Numbered from the stretch's first letter, positions 48,878-58,893 are shown. The stretch: DNA of 64,000 nucleotides from Myxococcota bacterium (GCA_041687695.1 JAWLBL010000002.1:318983-382982); one strand, 5' to 3'. The notes: generated by a model from the sequence alone, not told the origin. Numbers and translations are program-made.

Positions 48878-50491
48878 TCACGGCGCGGTCGAGAACACCT
48901 CGCAGGCCGCCTCGGCCTGCTCGTGCGGCGGGAAGACCAGCAGCTTGGCGTCCTTGCTCGCCGGCGGCAGCTCCCAGCGCCAGGCGGGCTCGGCCGGCCA
49001 TTGGCAGACGCCGTCTCCGCCCATGTCCACGAACCACGCCAGGGTGTAGGGCTCGCCCTTCGTCAGGAGATCCTGCCAGCCGGCCGCCCAGGCGCCGTCT
49101 TCGATGGTGACCGCCGTCTGCGCCGCGATGTCGCCGTCGGGCGCGACCACCGCGACGTGCATCAGCTTGCCCTCTTCGTTGGTGAACCCGGCGCCCTCCA
49201 CCGTCAGGTCGTAAGGCCCGTCGTCGGGGGCCGGGGCCGCGAACGTGGCGCAGGCCGCGGCCGACGGCGGCGTCTGCCCCGAGAACACGAAGGCGACGTC
49301 TCCCATGACCTTGCCGGTCTCGAGGCGCCAGGCGACGTCGACACCCGGCTGGCAGACCAGATCCTCGTCGGGATCGACCAGCAGGTCGAGGAAGTACTTC
49401 TGCCCGCCCTTGAGCAACGCCGGCCAGGTCAGGGCGACCTCGCCGCCCGACACGGTCGCCGCGCCGGTCCCGAGCACCTCGCCGGTCGCGGCGAGCGTCA
49501 GGCGGAAGGCGATCTTCTGGCCCTCCCAGGCGTCGAGCGCTCCGCCGGTGAGCGTGGCGTCGACCCAGTCGGTCATCGGGTCGAAGACGGCGCACGCCAG
49601 GGGCTCGTAGGCCTCGGAGTGGGCGACCTGGGCGGAGACCGGCCCGGTGACCTCGCCGAGCGGATGCCGCCACACCGGGTCGACGTCCCAGTCGCACAGG
49701 TCGTCCCCATCGACGTCGAAGAAGTAGTCGACCTGGTAGCTCTTGCCCTCGGTCAGCACGCCCGGCCAGAAGTAGGTGAACCCGTCGCCGCTCAGCTCCA
49801 TGCTACCGGTGGCCACCGGCGTGGCGTGACCCACCTCGACCACGGCCAGCTGGAGCGGCTGGCCGACCAGCGCGCCGAAGCCCGAGCCCTCGACGGTCAG
49901 CCCCACCTTGCCGCCGGGGCCGGCACCGCCGAACGCCTGGCAACCGGCGCCGTTCATCGGCACCTCCGCGTCGACCTCGAGCTCGACATCGCCGGTCGCC
50001 TCGACGGGCACCCACCAGACCGCGTCGGCGGGCGGCTCGTCGCAGGTCCCGCTGTCATCCACGTCGAAGTAGAACGCCAGGGCGTAGCCCTCGCCGGCCT
50101 CGAGCACCGAGTCCAGGCCGAACTGGAACTCGCCCGAGCCCAGCGGCAGCGCGCTCATCCCGCCCAGCAGCGACCCGCTCGCCTCGTGCACCAGCTCCGC
50201 GTGGAAGGCCGTGCCCGCGAAGGCCTCGAACCCCGTCCCGTGCACGCTGAGCGAGAACGGCCCCTCGACCGGCGGCAGCTCGGGCCCGGGATCCTCGCCG
50301 TCCGGCGTGGCGTCCAGCGGCCCATCGCCGTCGAGCGCGGCGTCCAGCGGCTCCTCACCATCGGGCTCGCCCTCGTCCGAGCCGACGTCCTCGAACAGGT
50401 CGGCCGTGGGCGGCGTGCCGTCGTCGCCACACCCGCCCCCCAGCGACCCGACCAGCCACAGCCCAGCGCACACCACCCAGCAGGCTCTCAT
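48878..50491 (-). CDS. Lipoprotein with four tandem ~110-aa beta-rich repeats
   Basis: Lipobox GGGC and acidic linker; each repeat has L.V.G.GF...G, Y....(F/V)D.D.D..C...D..W and a terminal AC..F. Confidence 0.85.
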   Translation of the reverse strand: MRACWVVCAGLWLVGSLGGGCGDDGTPPTADLFEDVGSDEGEPDGEEPLDAALDGDGPLDATPDGEDPGPELPPVEGPFSLSVHGTGFEAFAGTAFHAELVHEASGSLLGGMSALPLGSGEFQFGLDSVLEAGEGYALAFYFDVDDSGTCDEPPADAVWWVPVEATGDVELEVDAEVPMNGAGCQAFGGAGPGGKVGLTVEGSGFGALVGQPLQLAVVEVGHATPVATGSMELSGDGFTYFWPGVLTEGKSYQVDYFFDVDGDDLCDWDVDPVWRHPLGEVTGPVSAQVAHSEAYEPLACAVFDPMTDWVDATLTGGALDAWEGQKIAFRLTLAATGEVLGTGAATVSGGEVALTWPALLKGGQKYFLDLLVDPDEDLVCQPGVDVAWRLETGKVMGDVAFVFSGQTPPSAAACATFAAPAPDDGPYDLTVEGAGFTNEEGKLMHVAVVAPDGDIAAQTAVTIEDGAWAAGWQDLLTKGEPYTLAWFVDMGGDGVCQWPAEPAWRWELPPASKDAKLLVFPPHEQAEAACEVFSTAP

Positions 50492-50721
50492 CGACCCTCC
50501 GCCGTCCCTTCGCGTCCGGCGAGCCCGCCCGCCGGCCTTCGGCCACGCGGTCACGACCCCGTTTGGGGGAGCCCGGGCGAGGCCCGCGTCGTCTACCCGC
50601 CGGCCCCGTTGGATGCAATCTCCACGGTCGCCCCCGCGACCGCGGGCGGGGCTCACTCACCCCGTCCCCAGCGCGACAGAGCTGGCTTGACCGGGGCTGG
50701 CGGCCCGTCGATCATCGCGCG

Positions 50722-51582
50722 ATGCGCTCACGCTTCGCTCGTCTGCTCTCCTTGCTCCTCGCGCTCTCCGGCTGCGCGTCCACCTCCGAGGTGCAGCCCA
50801 AGCAGGGCCTCCCGCCGGCCCCTCGGGCGGAGGAGGCCGCGGGGGTCCATCTGGCCTTCATCCTGCTCGACGCGCCGACGCTGCCCTCTGCGGATCGCGT
50901 TCAGGCGGCCTGGCGCCGCATCTCACCGGAGGCGGGTCCGCTGACCGTGGGCGCCCCGAAGCAGGAGGGGGCACTGGAGCTGAGGGCCTCCGGCGGCGGC
51001 GGGGTCGTCCTGGCGCTCATTCCGGCGCCCATCCCGGGAGGCGAAGCCGAAGCGGCGAGTCAGCGCTCCATCGCCTACCTCGCCGGAGCTTTCGAACCGA
51101 GCAGCCATCAGGCGCACCTCGTCGCGGCTGGCACCGCTGAGGATCGGTCTGCGCAGGCTTTGGCCCGCTTCACACGGCTGGTGGCGGCGGTCGCGGAGGC
51201 CAGCGAGGCCACCGCCGTCTATTGGGGGGAGGGGCAGGTGACGCACCCCCTCGCGTTCTTCGTGGAGGTGGCGCGCGAGCAGGCGGTCCCGGCTGTGCTC
51301 TGGAACGGCGTCAGCATCGCGCGGGATGGAGACCGGGTGAGTCTTCTGTCGCTGGGCATGGCGCAGCTCGGGCTCCGTGATCTGGAGATCACGGCCCCGG
51401 TGTCCCGCTCGGTCGAAGCGATGGAGTGGCTCTTCCACCTCCTTGGCTATGTCGCTGGTCGCGGTGAGGACATCCCAGACGGCGACACGGTGGGGCGCAG
51501 CGCAAACGAGCGCATCCGCGTGCAGCACCGGGTCCACCCCGTCGAGGCCGGATCGCAGGTGGTCCACATCGCCATGCCCTGA
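50722..51582 (+). CDS. DUF4261-like domain lipoprotein
   Basis: Lipobox LSGC; C-terminal GMAQLGLRDLE...YV...G..IPDGDTVG. Confidence 0.75.
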   Translation: MRSRFARLLSLLLALSGCASTSEVQPKQGLPPAPRAEEAAGVHLAFILLDAPTLPSADRVQAAWRRISPEAGPLTVGAPKQEGALELRASGGGGVVLALIPAPIPGGEAEAASQRSIAYLAGAFEPSSHQAHLVAAGTAEDRSAQALARFTRLVAAVAEASEATAVYWGEGQVTHPLAFFVEVAREQAVPAVLWNGVSIARDGDRVSLLSLGMAQLGLRDLEITAPVSRSVEAMEWLFHLLGYVAGRGEDIPDGDTVGRSANERIRVQHRVHPVEAGSQVVHIAMP

Positions 51583-51613
51583 GGCGAGCGGCCCGGCCGC
51601 GCGAAGCTCCGGC

Positions 51614-52060
51614 TCACGGCCGGCGGCGCGGGAAGCTCGGCCTGGCGGGTTCGGCAGCGATGGGGTCGCCCGAGTCGCGCTCGCGGACGGCGGTGGCGAA
51701 GCCGGCCTCCTCGGCGCGCCGCTTGAACCACAGGCCCTTGGTGTCCATGGCGAGCCTCGGCGGGTGGAGCAGGGCGACCCCGGCACCCTGCGGCAGGCCG
51801 TGGGTGCAGGTTTTTTTTATCCCATCGTCGCCGACCAGCTCGCCGCCCGGGCGCCGCCCGTCGAAGCCCGTCGCGAGCAGCACGAACCCGACCTCCAGCG
51901 CGCCCAGGCTGGTCTGTAGCCGACAGCCGCGCTCGACGGCGGCCAGCTCGCGCATCAAGCTCCTCCGCGCCGACCCGGCCGACTGCTGCTCGGCCGACTG
52001 CCACATCGATCATTGCCACTGAGCCGCGGGTCTGCGCCCGCGCCCCTCGCGGCCACGGAC
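51614..52060 (-). pseudogene. Probable fragment of an FAD/NAD-binding oxidoreductase
   Basis: Segment LEVGFVLLATGFDGRRPGGELV resembles the ATG motif of flavoprotein oxidoreductases. There is no N-terminal GxGxxG, and similarity ends at an 8-nt A-tract (51811-51818). Confidence 0.35.
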
Positions 52061-52298
52061 AGGCCGCGAGCGCCGCCCTCGAAGGCGGGGCGCTCTGGCG
52101 GCGGCTTCCGCGCGTCCGGGCCGGATCGACGACGAGGGCGCCTCGAAGATCCGACCTCATGGGAGGCGCCCGTCGCGCTCACTCGACCGAGACCGCGCCA
52201 AACCTGGGCCTCGATGGGTTGACCGCACCGCACGACGGCCCCGAAAATGAAGCCCGGGGTGTGGCCGGGGGGTCGGCTCAATCCACTCGAAGGGGGGC

Positions 52299-55200
52299 GT
52301 GGTGCTCAGGTCGATGTGTAGGGTCTTGGCGGTGCTGCTCGTGCTCTTGGAAGGCGTCGCGGTGGCGCAGGATCTGGGCCCCGTCCATGTCACTGAGCTG
52401 GGCGCGACCTCCTTCCGCCTCGATGACGGGTTCGAGCAGGTCACGGGCGCCACCTTCGGGAAGGCGCTGGCGACGTACGGGGACCGCCTCATCGTGGGCA
52501 AGCCGCACTACAAGGCGGGGGGCGTCTACATCGTTGGCCAGGATGGCCAGCCGGAGCTCTTCCTTCCCGATCCCGAGCCCGATGGCAGAGCCCGCTTCGG
52601 CAGCGGCCTCGCCATCGGGGGCGGCGGGCTGCTCTACGTGACCGCACCACCCAACCGGATCGTCGTCTACGACCTCCATCAGCTGCTGATGCGATCGCCG
52701 GCCGGCGTGGTGGCGGACCATCCGGCGGTGCGGCCGATTCGTACCCTGGTCCACCCGGAGGTGGGCCCGTGGCTCCTCACGTCTCACGCGTCGTTGGTCA
52801 CCGGCAGGAGCCACCGAGAGGTCGCGGGGACGAAGAACGCCGGCCAGGTCGTCGTGCTCGATCCCACCGGCCGAGAGCTGCGCAGCCTGGTCTCTCCGAA
52901 CCCGACCGAGAAGGGGAGGTTCGGCGCCGCAGCGACCCGCCATGGGCGACACCTCTGGATAGGCGCGCCGGGCGAACATGATGGGCGAGGCGCGGTCTAC
53001 GTCTTCGAGGAGCGAAGCGGGAAGCTGGTGAAGGAGATCCGCAGCCCCGACGCTCGCCTGAAGGCCTTCGGCCGCGACATCGCGGTCGCCGCGGGCAAGG
53101 TCGCCGTCGCCGCCGAGTTCGGAGTCTTCCTCTACGCGCCCGGCTCCTTCGAACGCGTCGACGCCATCGGCCCGCAGACCTATGACACGCGCAGGGCAGA
53201 GCCTCCGGGGACGGTGCCCTCCTATACGCCGCGGCGGTTCGCGACGGCCATCGACGGCAAGGGCGACCTGCTCGCCGTCGCCTCCGCCACGACGGCGTTC
53301 GTCTTCAACATCCGGACGATGAAGGTCATCGGCATCCACTATGTCGAGGAGTCGACCGTAAGCAGCAGACAGATCGCCCTGGGACGCACCCGTGTGTTCA
53401 TGAGCAATCCGTACGCCCACCGGCTCGCTGGGGCCGTCTACTCGTTCCCGAGGGGCTGGAAGAGCCCGACGCGGCACGACCCGCGGAAGCTCGCGGCACC
53501 GCACGTCGTGGCGCCGCCACCCGGGCCGTGGGTGAGCGCGAAGCTGGTGGCGCAGCGCCCCCCGGCCATCCCGCCGCTCGAGCGGTGCACCGACGAGCAG
53601 CTCGGGCCCCACTGCGCCAAGGGGGACCTCGCCCGGTGCGTCGAGACGCTCGCGCGACTCGACGAGCGCGGGGAGGCGACCGTCCACGCGTGCCGTGCGC
53701 AGGAGGCCTGTCGGCGCGACTCGCTCGAGGGGTGCCGGGCCGTCGCCAAGCTGGCCGGGCGCCACCAGGGCAAGCTCATCCCCGACGACGCGTTGGCGCT
53801 CGCCGCCAACCGACGCGCTTGCGCGCTGGGAGGGACGACCGAGTGTTCGACCGCCCTCGTGACGCTGGACAGCCGTCCGGACTTGATCCCCGACGAGGCC
53901 GAACGCGACCAGGCGATGTGGGAGCTGAACCTGGCCACCTGCGTGAACGCGAAGAGCAGCTGCGGGGCGCTCGACCGCCTGTACGTCCTCGGCCAGCTCG
54001 ACGAGACACGGATGGCGCAGGCCAAGAAGGCGCTGACGGCCTCCTGTAGCAACGGTGGCAAGCACGCGTGCGACAGCCTGGAAGCGCGAAAGCAGAGCGT
54101 CGCGCGTGAGGCGGCCTGCCGCAAGCGGGACGCGGCGGCGTGTCTGGCGATCGCCAAGACGTTCGGCAAAGACGACGCGCGGGTGCTCCCGCTCGTGAGG
54201 CAGGCTTGTCAGCACGGCGATTGCGCGAGCTGTCTCGACCTGGCCGCTCGGCAGGCCAAGTCCCCTGACGAACAGGCGGCAGCGTGGACGCGCAACCTCG
54301 AGCGCGACACCCGAACGTCCTGCGAGGCGACGTGCTTCAAGGGCGACGGGGAGGCCGCGGCCTCCGCCTGCCGATGGGTCAGCGAGGAGCGGTCCCGAAG
54401 CACCGACGCGCGGAGCGTTCGGGCGAGCGCCGAGGCGGACCTCCAACAGTGCGCCCATAGCCGCTGCGAGCCCGAGGCGCTCGCCGCAGCGCTCATGGCG
54501 CTGGTCGGTTCGAAGCGCGTGGTCCGCTGGGCGGAGGAGGCCGTCGAGGCGGCATGCGCGAAGGCCGACGAGCCGGTCTCGCCGTCGGAGCGGACCGAGG
54601 CCATGTGCCGGGACTTCCGGGCTCATCGGAAGGTGCTACCCGCCGCCAGCGCCGACTGCGCGCGCGGAAAGGCCAACCGCTGCGTGCAAGCCGGCCTGAT
54701 GCTGGAGATGTGGAGCGCCGGAGCGGCCGGCGCGCACTATGCGACCGCGTGCAAGAAGGGCTCGGGCGTGGCTTGTGTGCACCTGGCGCGGATGGAGGCC
54801 CGGGTCGGCTCTACCGTCGACGTGGTGCCGCTGCTCGGCAAGGGCGAGGCCGCGTGCCAGCGCGGCGACGTCGAGGCGTGCGAGGCGGTGAGCGACATGG
54901 ACGAGCGTGTCTATCGGAGGGCCGTGTGGGACTCGGGCAGCACGGCGCGCGAGGAGGCGATGTGGCGCAAGGTGCGCAAGGAGAGCCTGGTGAATCGCCG
55001 CGCGGCCCTGGAGCAGGTGGCGACGATCCATCGCGAGGCGTGTGACGCCGGACGAGGCGTGTCGTGCTCGCGCGCCGCACGGGCCGCCGACATGGTCTGG
55101 AGGGACTACGTCGCGGACAAGAAGGATCCCGACCGCGACGTGGCCGAGCGCAGGCACCTCGCCTCGCACGTGGCGATGCTCGCCAAGGGCTGTGAAGCCG

Positions 55201-55451
55201 CCGAGCCGGATCCCGAGGCGTGCGCGGAGATGGGCACCCGCCTCGAGCACGGGACGGGCGGCGGCGATCCGGACCTGCCGGGAGCCATGGCGGCGTACCT
55301 GCGGGCGTGTCAGCTCGGGGCCGCGCACAGCTGCCGGCATCTCCACGCGTCGCTCACCGACGGCCGCGTGCCGGCCGACCAGCGTGGCCGGGTCGAAGAA
55401 GGACTCCAAAAGGCGTGCGAGCGGGGCCGACCGGGAGCCTGCCGAAACTAG
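52299..55451 (+). CDS. Secreted protein: FG-GAP-like propeller plus Cys-rich Sel1-like repeats
   Basis: Signal peptide AVA-Q; FGKALA, FGSGLA, FG.....IGAPG..GAVYVF repeats; then Y..AC..G...AC..L repeats. Confidence 0.8.
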   Translation: MVLRSMCRVLAVLLVLLEGVAVAQDLGPVHVTELGATSFRLDDGFEQVTGATFGKALATYGDRLIVGKPHYKAGGVYIVGQDGQPELFLPDPEPDGRARFGSGLAIGGGGLLYVTAPPNRIVVYDLHQLLMRSPAGVVADHPAVRPIRTLVHPEVGPWLLTSHASLVTGRSHREVAGTKNAGQVVVLDPTGRELRSLVSPNPTEKGRFGAAATRHGRHLWIGAPGEHDGRGAVYVFEERSGKLVKEIRSPDARLKAFGRDIAVAAGKVAVAAEFGVFLYAPGSFERVDAIGPQTYDTRRAEPPGTVPSYTPRRFATAIDGKGDLLAVASATTAFVFNIRTMKVIGIHYVEESTVSSRQIALGRTRVFMSNPYAHRLAGAVYSFPRGWKSPTRHDPRKLAAPHVVAPPPGPWVSAKLVAQRPPAIPPLERCTDEQLGPHCAKGDLARCVETLARLDERGEATVHACRAQEACRRDSLEGCRAVAKLAGRHQGKLIPDDALALAANRRACALGGTTECSTALVTLDSRPDLIPDEAERDQAMWELNLATCVNAKSSCGALDRLYVLGQLDETRMAQAKKALTASCSNGGKHACDSLEARKQSVAREAACRKRDAAACLAIAKTFGKDDARVLPLVRQACQHGDCASCLDLAARQAKSPDEQAAAWTRNLERDTRTSCEATCFKGDGEAAASACRWVSEERSRSTDARSVRASAEADLQQCAHSRCEPEALAAALMALVGSKRVVRWAEEAVEAACAKADEPVSPSERTEAMCRDFRAHRKVLPAASADCARGKANRCVQAGLMLEMWSAGAAGAHYATACKKGSGVACVHLARMEARVGSTVDVVPLLGKGEAACQRGDVEACEAVSDMDERVYRRAVWDSGSTAREEAMWRKVRKESLVNRRAALEQVATIHREACDAGRGVSCSRAARAADMVWRDYVADKKDPDRDVAERRHLASHVAMLAKGCEAAEPDPEACAEMGTRLEHGTGGGDPDLPGAMAAYLRACQLGAAHSCRHLHASLTDGRVPADQRGRVEEGLQKACERGRPGACRN

Positions 55452-55485
55452 CCACCCTCCGGCCGTCGAAGGTCGGGGGACCTGG

Positions 55486-57177
55486 TCAGGGGCAGGGCGC
55501 GCGCACGTCGCGGCCGACGGCGGTGACGCGCGGGGTGGTCATCGCCGGGCGGTCCTTGCTGTTCAAGACGAAGCGGCGCTCGCGCAGCAGGCTGGCCAGG
55601 GCGTCGCGCAGGGGCAGGCTGCCGGACAGGACGCGGACGCGGTCGGGGTGGACGCGCGACAGGGCGGGGCCCCAGCCGTCGCCGCCCAGGGCGAGGAAGC
55701 TGCTGGTGACGACCCGGTAGGTGCGCTGGGGGTCGATGGGGCGGCCGTCCCACAGGCGCGCCTCGAGCAGGCGGTCGCGGTCGGCGCGGTCGACGTCGCC
55801 GTCGCCGTCGCGGTCGATGGTGGGGCAGCGGTCGCGCTCGCGGTCGTAGGTCAGCTGGAGGCCGGCGACCTGCACGACGCCGAAGGCGCCCGAGGTGCCG
55901 ACGCGCAGCAGCTCGAGCAGGACGGCGCCGGTGATGTCCAGGTAGGCGGGCTGGTTCGAGAACGGCATCGCGTCGTACAGCGCGCCGTAGGTCAGCTCGC
56001 CCGCCGGGAGATCGGCGCGCAGGCCGCCGCTGTTGGTCAGGCAGATCTCGCGGTCGGGGTGCTGGGCCAGCATCATGTCGCACAGGAAGCTCCCCAGGGC
56101 CGAGCTCTGCGCCCAGTCGCGGGTCAGCGGCTCGATGAGGCGCGTACCCAGCGGCTCGGCCCGCAGCGCGGCGACCTCACCCTCGAGCGGGGCGAGCAGG
56201 TCGCCGACCGCGCGCGAGGTCGAGGTCTCGGCCGCGGCGGCGATGGGCGCCGGCGGGTGGATGGTCAGCGTCCGGCGCCCGTCCGGCTCGACGCGGACGT
56301 CCAGGCGCGAGACCAGCTGCCCGTAGGCGCCGCCCTGCAGGACCGGCACGCCGTAGACCCAGTGCGCGACCTGCTGGTGGGTGTGCCCGCCGAAGACGGC
56401 GTCGAACGAGCGGTCCGGCAGCGCCTTGACCAGCTGGAAGAGCGGCGAGGCCGGGTCGCAGGACGCGGTGTCGTGCGGGTCCGAGAGGTCCTCGCAGCGC
56501 CCGCCGACGTGGGCGAGCAGGAAGACGAAGTCGACCTTGTGCTCACGGCGCAGGCGGGCGGCCTCGGCGGCGGCGGCGGCGGCCGGGTCGGTGAAGTCCA
56601 GGCGCTGCCGGACGTGGGGGAAGGTGAGGGCCGGCGTGTCGGGGGTGGCGACGCCGACCAGGCCGAAGCGCAGGTCCCCGCGCTCGACGACGGCCGAGGG
56701 GGCCAGGTTGGGCCAGGCGGGCGGGGCGCCGGTGGCCTTGTCGGTGACGTTGGCGGCCAGGACCGGGAAGGTGGCCTCGGACAGGCGCGCCTCGAGGGCG
56801 CCGAAGGGGCGGTCGGTGCCGGTCTCGGCCGGGCCGATGGGGCCGTAGTCGAGCTCGTGGTTGCCCAGGGCCGCCGCGTCGTAACGCAGCAGGTTGAAGG
56901 CGGCGACGCCCGGGGCGCCCTCGCGGCGGTCGGCCAGCAGGGTGCCCGACCACATGTCGCCCGAGTCGATGAGCAGGACCGGGCCCTGGGCGCGCGCCTG
57001 GTCGACCAGGGCCGCCAGCTGGCGCAGGCCGCCGGGGCGGGCGTCGGGGGCGGGGGCGTCGCCCGAGTAGAAGCCGTGGACGTCGGTGGTGTGCAGGACC
57101 TGGACCTGGCGCAGGCCGGGGCCGCAGGCGGAGGCGAGCAGGGCGAGGACGGCGAGGGCGGCGAGGCGAGGGTTCAA
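55486..57177 (-). CDS. Bifunctional metallophosphatase / 5'-nucleotidase lipoprotein
   Basis: Motifs HTTDVHG, DSGD, GNHELD, GGHTH, NSGGLR, MPFSN and GGDGW. TTG start overlaps the crcB stop. Confidence 0.9.
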   Translation of the reverse strand: MNPRLAALAVLALLASACGPGLRQVQVLHTTDVHGFYSGDAPAPDARPGGLRQLAALVDQARAQGPVLLIDSGDMWSGTLLADRREGAPGVAAFNLLRYDAAALGNHELDYGPIGPAETGTDRPFGALEARLSEATFPVLAANVTDKATGAPPAWPNLAPSAVVERGDLRFGLVGVATPDTPALTFPHVRQRLDFTDPAAAAAAEAARLRREHKVDFVFLLAHVGGRCEDLSDPHDTASCDPASPLFQLVKALPDRSFDAVFGGHTHQQVAHWVYGVPVLQGGAYGQLVSRLDVRVEPDGRRTLTIHPPAPIAAAAETSTSRAVGDLLAPLEGEVAALRAEPLGTRLIEPLTRDWAQSSALGSFLCDMMLAQHPDREICLTNSGGLRADLPAGELTYGALYDAMPFSNQPAYLDITGAVLLELLRVGTSGAFGVVQVAGLQLTYDRERDRCPTIDRDGDGDVDRADRDRLLEARLWDGRPIDPQRTYRVVTSSFLALGGDGWGPALSRVHPDRVRVLSGSLPLRDALASLLRERRFVLNSKDRPAMTTPRVTAVGRDVRAPCP

Positions 57178-57566
57178 GGGCGCGTGACCAACGTGAGGGT
57201 GAGGGCGAAGGCGGCGGCGGTGCCGGCGAGGCACAGGCCGAGGTTCAGGGCGACGTAGGTCAGGGCCGGGGCGACGAAGCCGCCGCGGGCGAGCAGGACG
57301 GTCTCGAGGGAGAAGGTCGAGAAGGTGGTGAAGGCGCCGCAGAAGCCGGTGGCCAGCAGGGCCTGCAGGGGCGCGTGGCCCAGGCGGCCGGCGGCGGCGA
57401 GGGCGGCGAGGGCGCCCAGGGCGAGGGAGCCGAGCACGTTGACCAGCAGCGTGGCCCAGGGCAGGCCGCCGTCGGGGCGGGGCGGCAGGGCCAGGGCGAC
57501 GCCGTAGCGGGCGAGGGCGCCCAGGGCGCCTCCGAGGGCGACGGCCAGTAGGACTCGGGCGCTCAC
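57174..57566 (-). CDS. crcB: Fluoride efflux channel Fluc/CrcB
   Basis: Motifs GGALGALARY, PWATLLVNVLGS and TGFCGAFTTFSTF; RBS GGAGGA before the GTG. Confidence 0.93.
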   Translation of the reverse strand: MSARVLLAVALGGALGALARYGVALALPPRPDGGLPWATLLVNVLGSLALGALAALAAAGRLGHAPLQALLATGFCGAFTTFSTFSLETVLLARGGFVAPALTYVALNLGLCLAGTAAAFALTLTLVTRP

Positions 57567-57725
57567 GGCTCCTCCGGTCAGCGGCCGGATGATGCCGAGC
57601 GCGCCCGGCGGTGTCGAGCGCCGAGGGGCGTCGGCGGGGCGCGGGTGGGGGCGCGGCGCCTCTGTGGTTGCCACGGCGGCGCGCGTGAGTACCATGCGCC
57701 CATCCTCGACCCGGGAGAACGCACG

Positions 57726-58851
57726 ATGGCCAGCTTCAACGCCGAGAAGGAACTGCTCAAGGACCTCACCGGACGGCTCGAGACGCTACGGAGGCATCTT
57801 TGACGTCCCGGGCAAGCTGGCGAGGCTGAGCGAGCTGGAGATGCTGTTGAGCCAGCCCGACCTGTGGAACGATCAGGGGCGGGCGCAGCAGCTGATGAAG
57901 GAGCGCACCGGGCTTCAGGCGGACGTGGACCGCGTGAACGCCCTGGGCAAGGCGCTCGAGGACGCGGGCGTCCTCATCGAGCTGGGCGAGCTCGAGGACG
58001 ACGCCTCGGTGACCGACGAGGTGCGCGAGTCGCTCTCGGGCGTCGAGGCGACGCTGGACCGGGCGGAATTCACCCGCATGCTCTCGGGCGAGCAGGACCA
58101 CGCCGACGCCATCCTGACCATCAACGCGGGCGCGGGCGGCACCGACAGCCAGGACTGGGCCGAGATGCTGCTGCGCATGTACTCGCGCTTTTGCGAGCGG
58201 CAGGGCTGGGAGGTCGAGCTGGTCGACCGGCACGACGGCGAAGAGGCGGGCATCAAGTCGGCGTCGCTCACCATCAAGGGCGAGTACGCCTACGGGATGC
58301 TCAAGGCCGAGGCGGGCGTGCACCGCCTGGTCCGCATCTCGCCCTTCGACGCCAACGCGCGCCGGCAGACCGCCTTCGCGGCGGCCTTCGTCTACCCGGA
58401 CATCGAGGACGACATCGACGTCGAGGTGAACGACAAGGATCTGCGCGTCGACACCTACCGCGCCTCGGGCGCGGGCGGGCAGCACATCAACAAGACCTCC
58501 AGCGCCATCCGCATCACCCACATCCCGACCGGCGTCGTGGTGACCTGCCAGGCCGAGCGCTCGCAGCACAAAAACCGCGACACCGCGATGAAGATGCTGC
58601 GCGCGCGCCTGTACGACCTCGAGGTCCAGGCCCGCAACGCCGAGAAGGACAAGATCGAGGCGAACAAGGCCGACATCGAGTTCGGCTCGCAGATCCGCAA
58701 CTACGTCATGCACCCCTACCGGATGGTCAAAGACGTCCGCACGGCGCACGAGACGGCGCAGATCGACGCGGTCCTCGACGGCGACATCGAGGACTTCATC
58801 AAGGCCTACCTCATCGCCCAGCCCGGCAACGAGCAGGCCGCCAGCGCCTAG
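57726..58851 (+). CDS. prfB: Peptide chain release factor 2 (programmed +1 frameshift after codon 25)
   Basis: ATG 57726 reads 25 codons to CTT-TGA-C; the +1 frame has GVHRLVRISPF and GAGGQH. Confidence 0.97.
57789..57804 (+). promoter_or_regulatory. RF2 autoregulatory frameshift site
   Basis: CGGAGG-CAT-CTT-TGA-C: internal SD, 3-nt spacer and slippery CTT TGA. Confidence 0.95.
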
Positions 58852-58893
58852 CTTCGCCCCAGCGGGCGCGGCGCTCGTCGCCCGGCCCGTGCT

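Noticed and set aside
51800..51830. Guanidine-I (ykkC) riboswitch 3' motif resembling GGGATAAAA
   Set aside because: It lacks the following GCCCG and the 5' stem motifs, and no suitable downstream gene is present.
57567..57725. Fluoride riboswitch upstream of crcB
   Set aside because: I could not find the GGCGATGG-like 5' element or the matching pseudoknot and 3' GCTGATGAC-like segment; an Rfam scan would be decisive.
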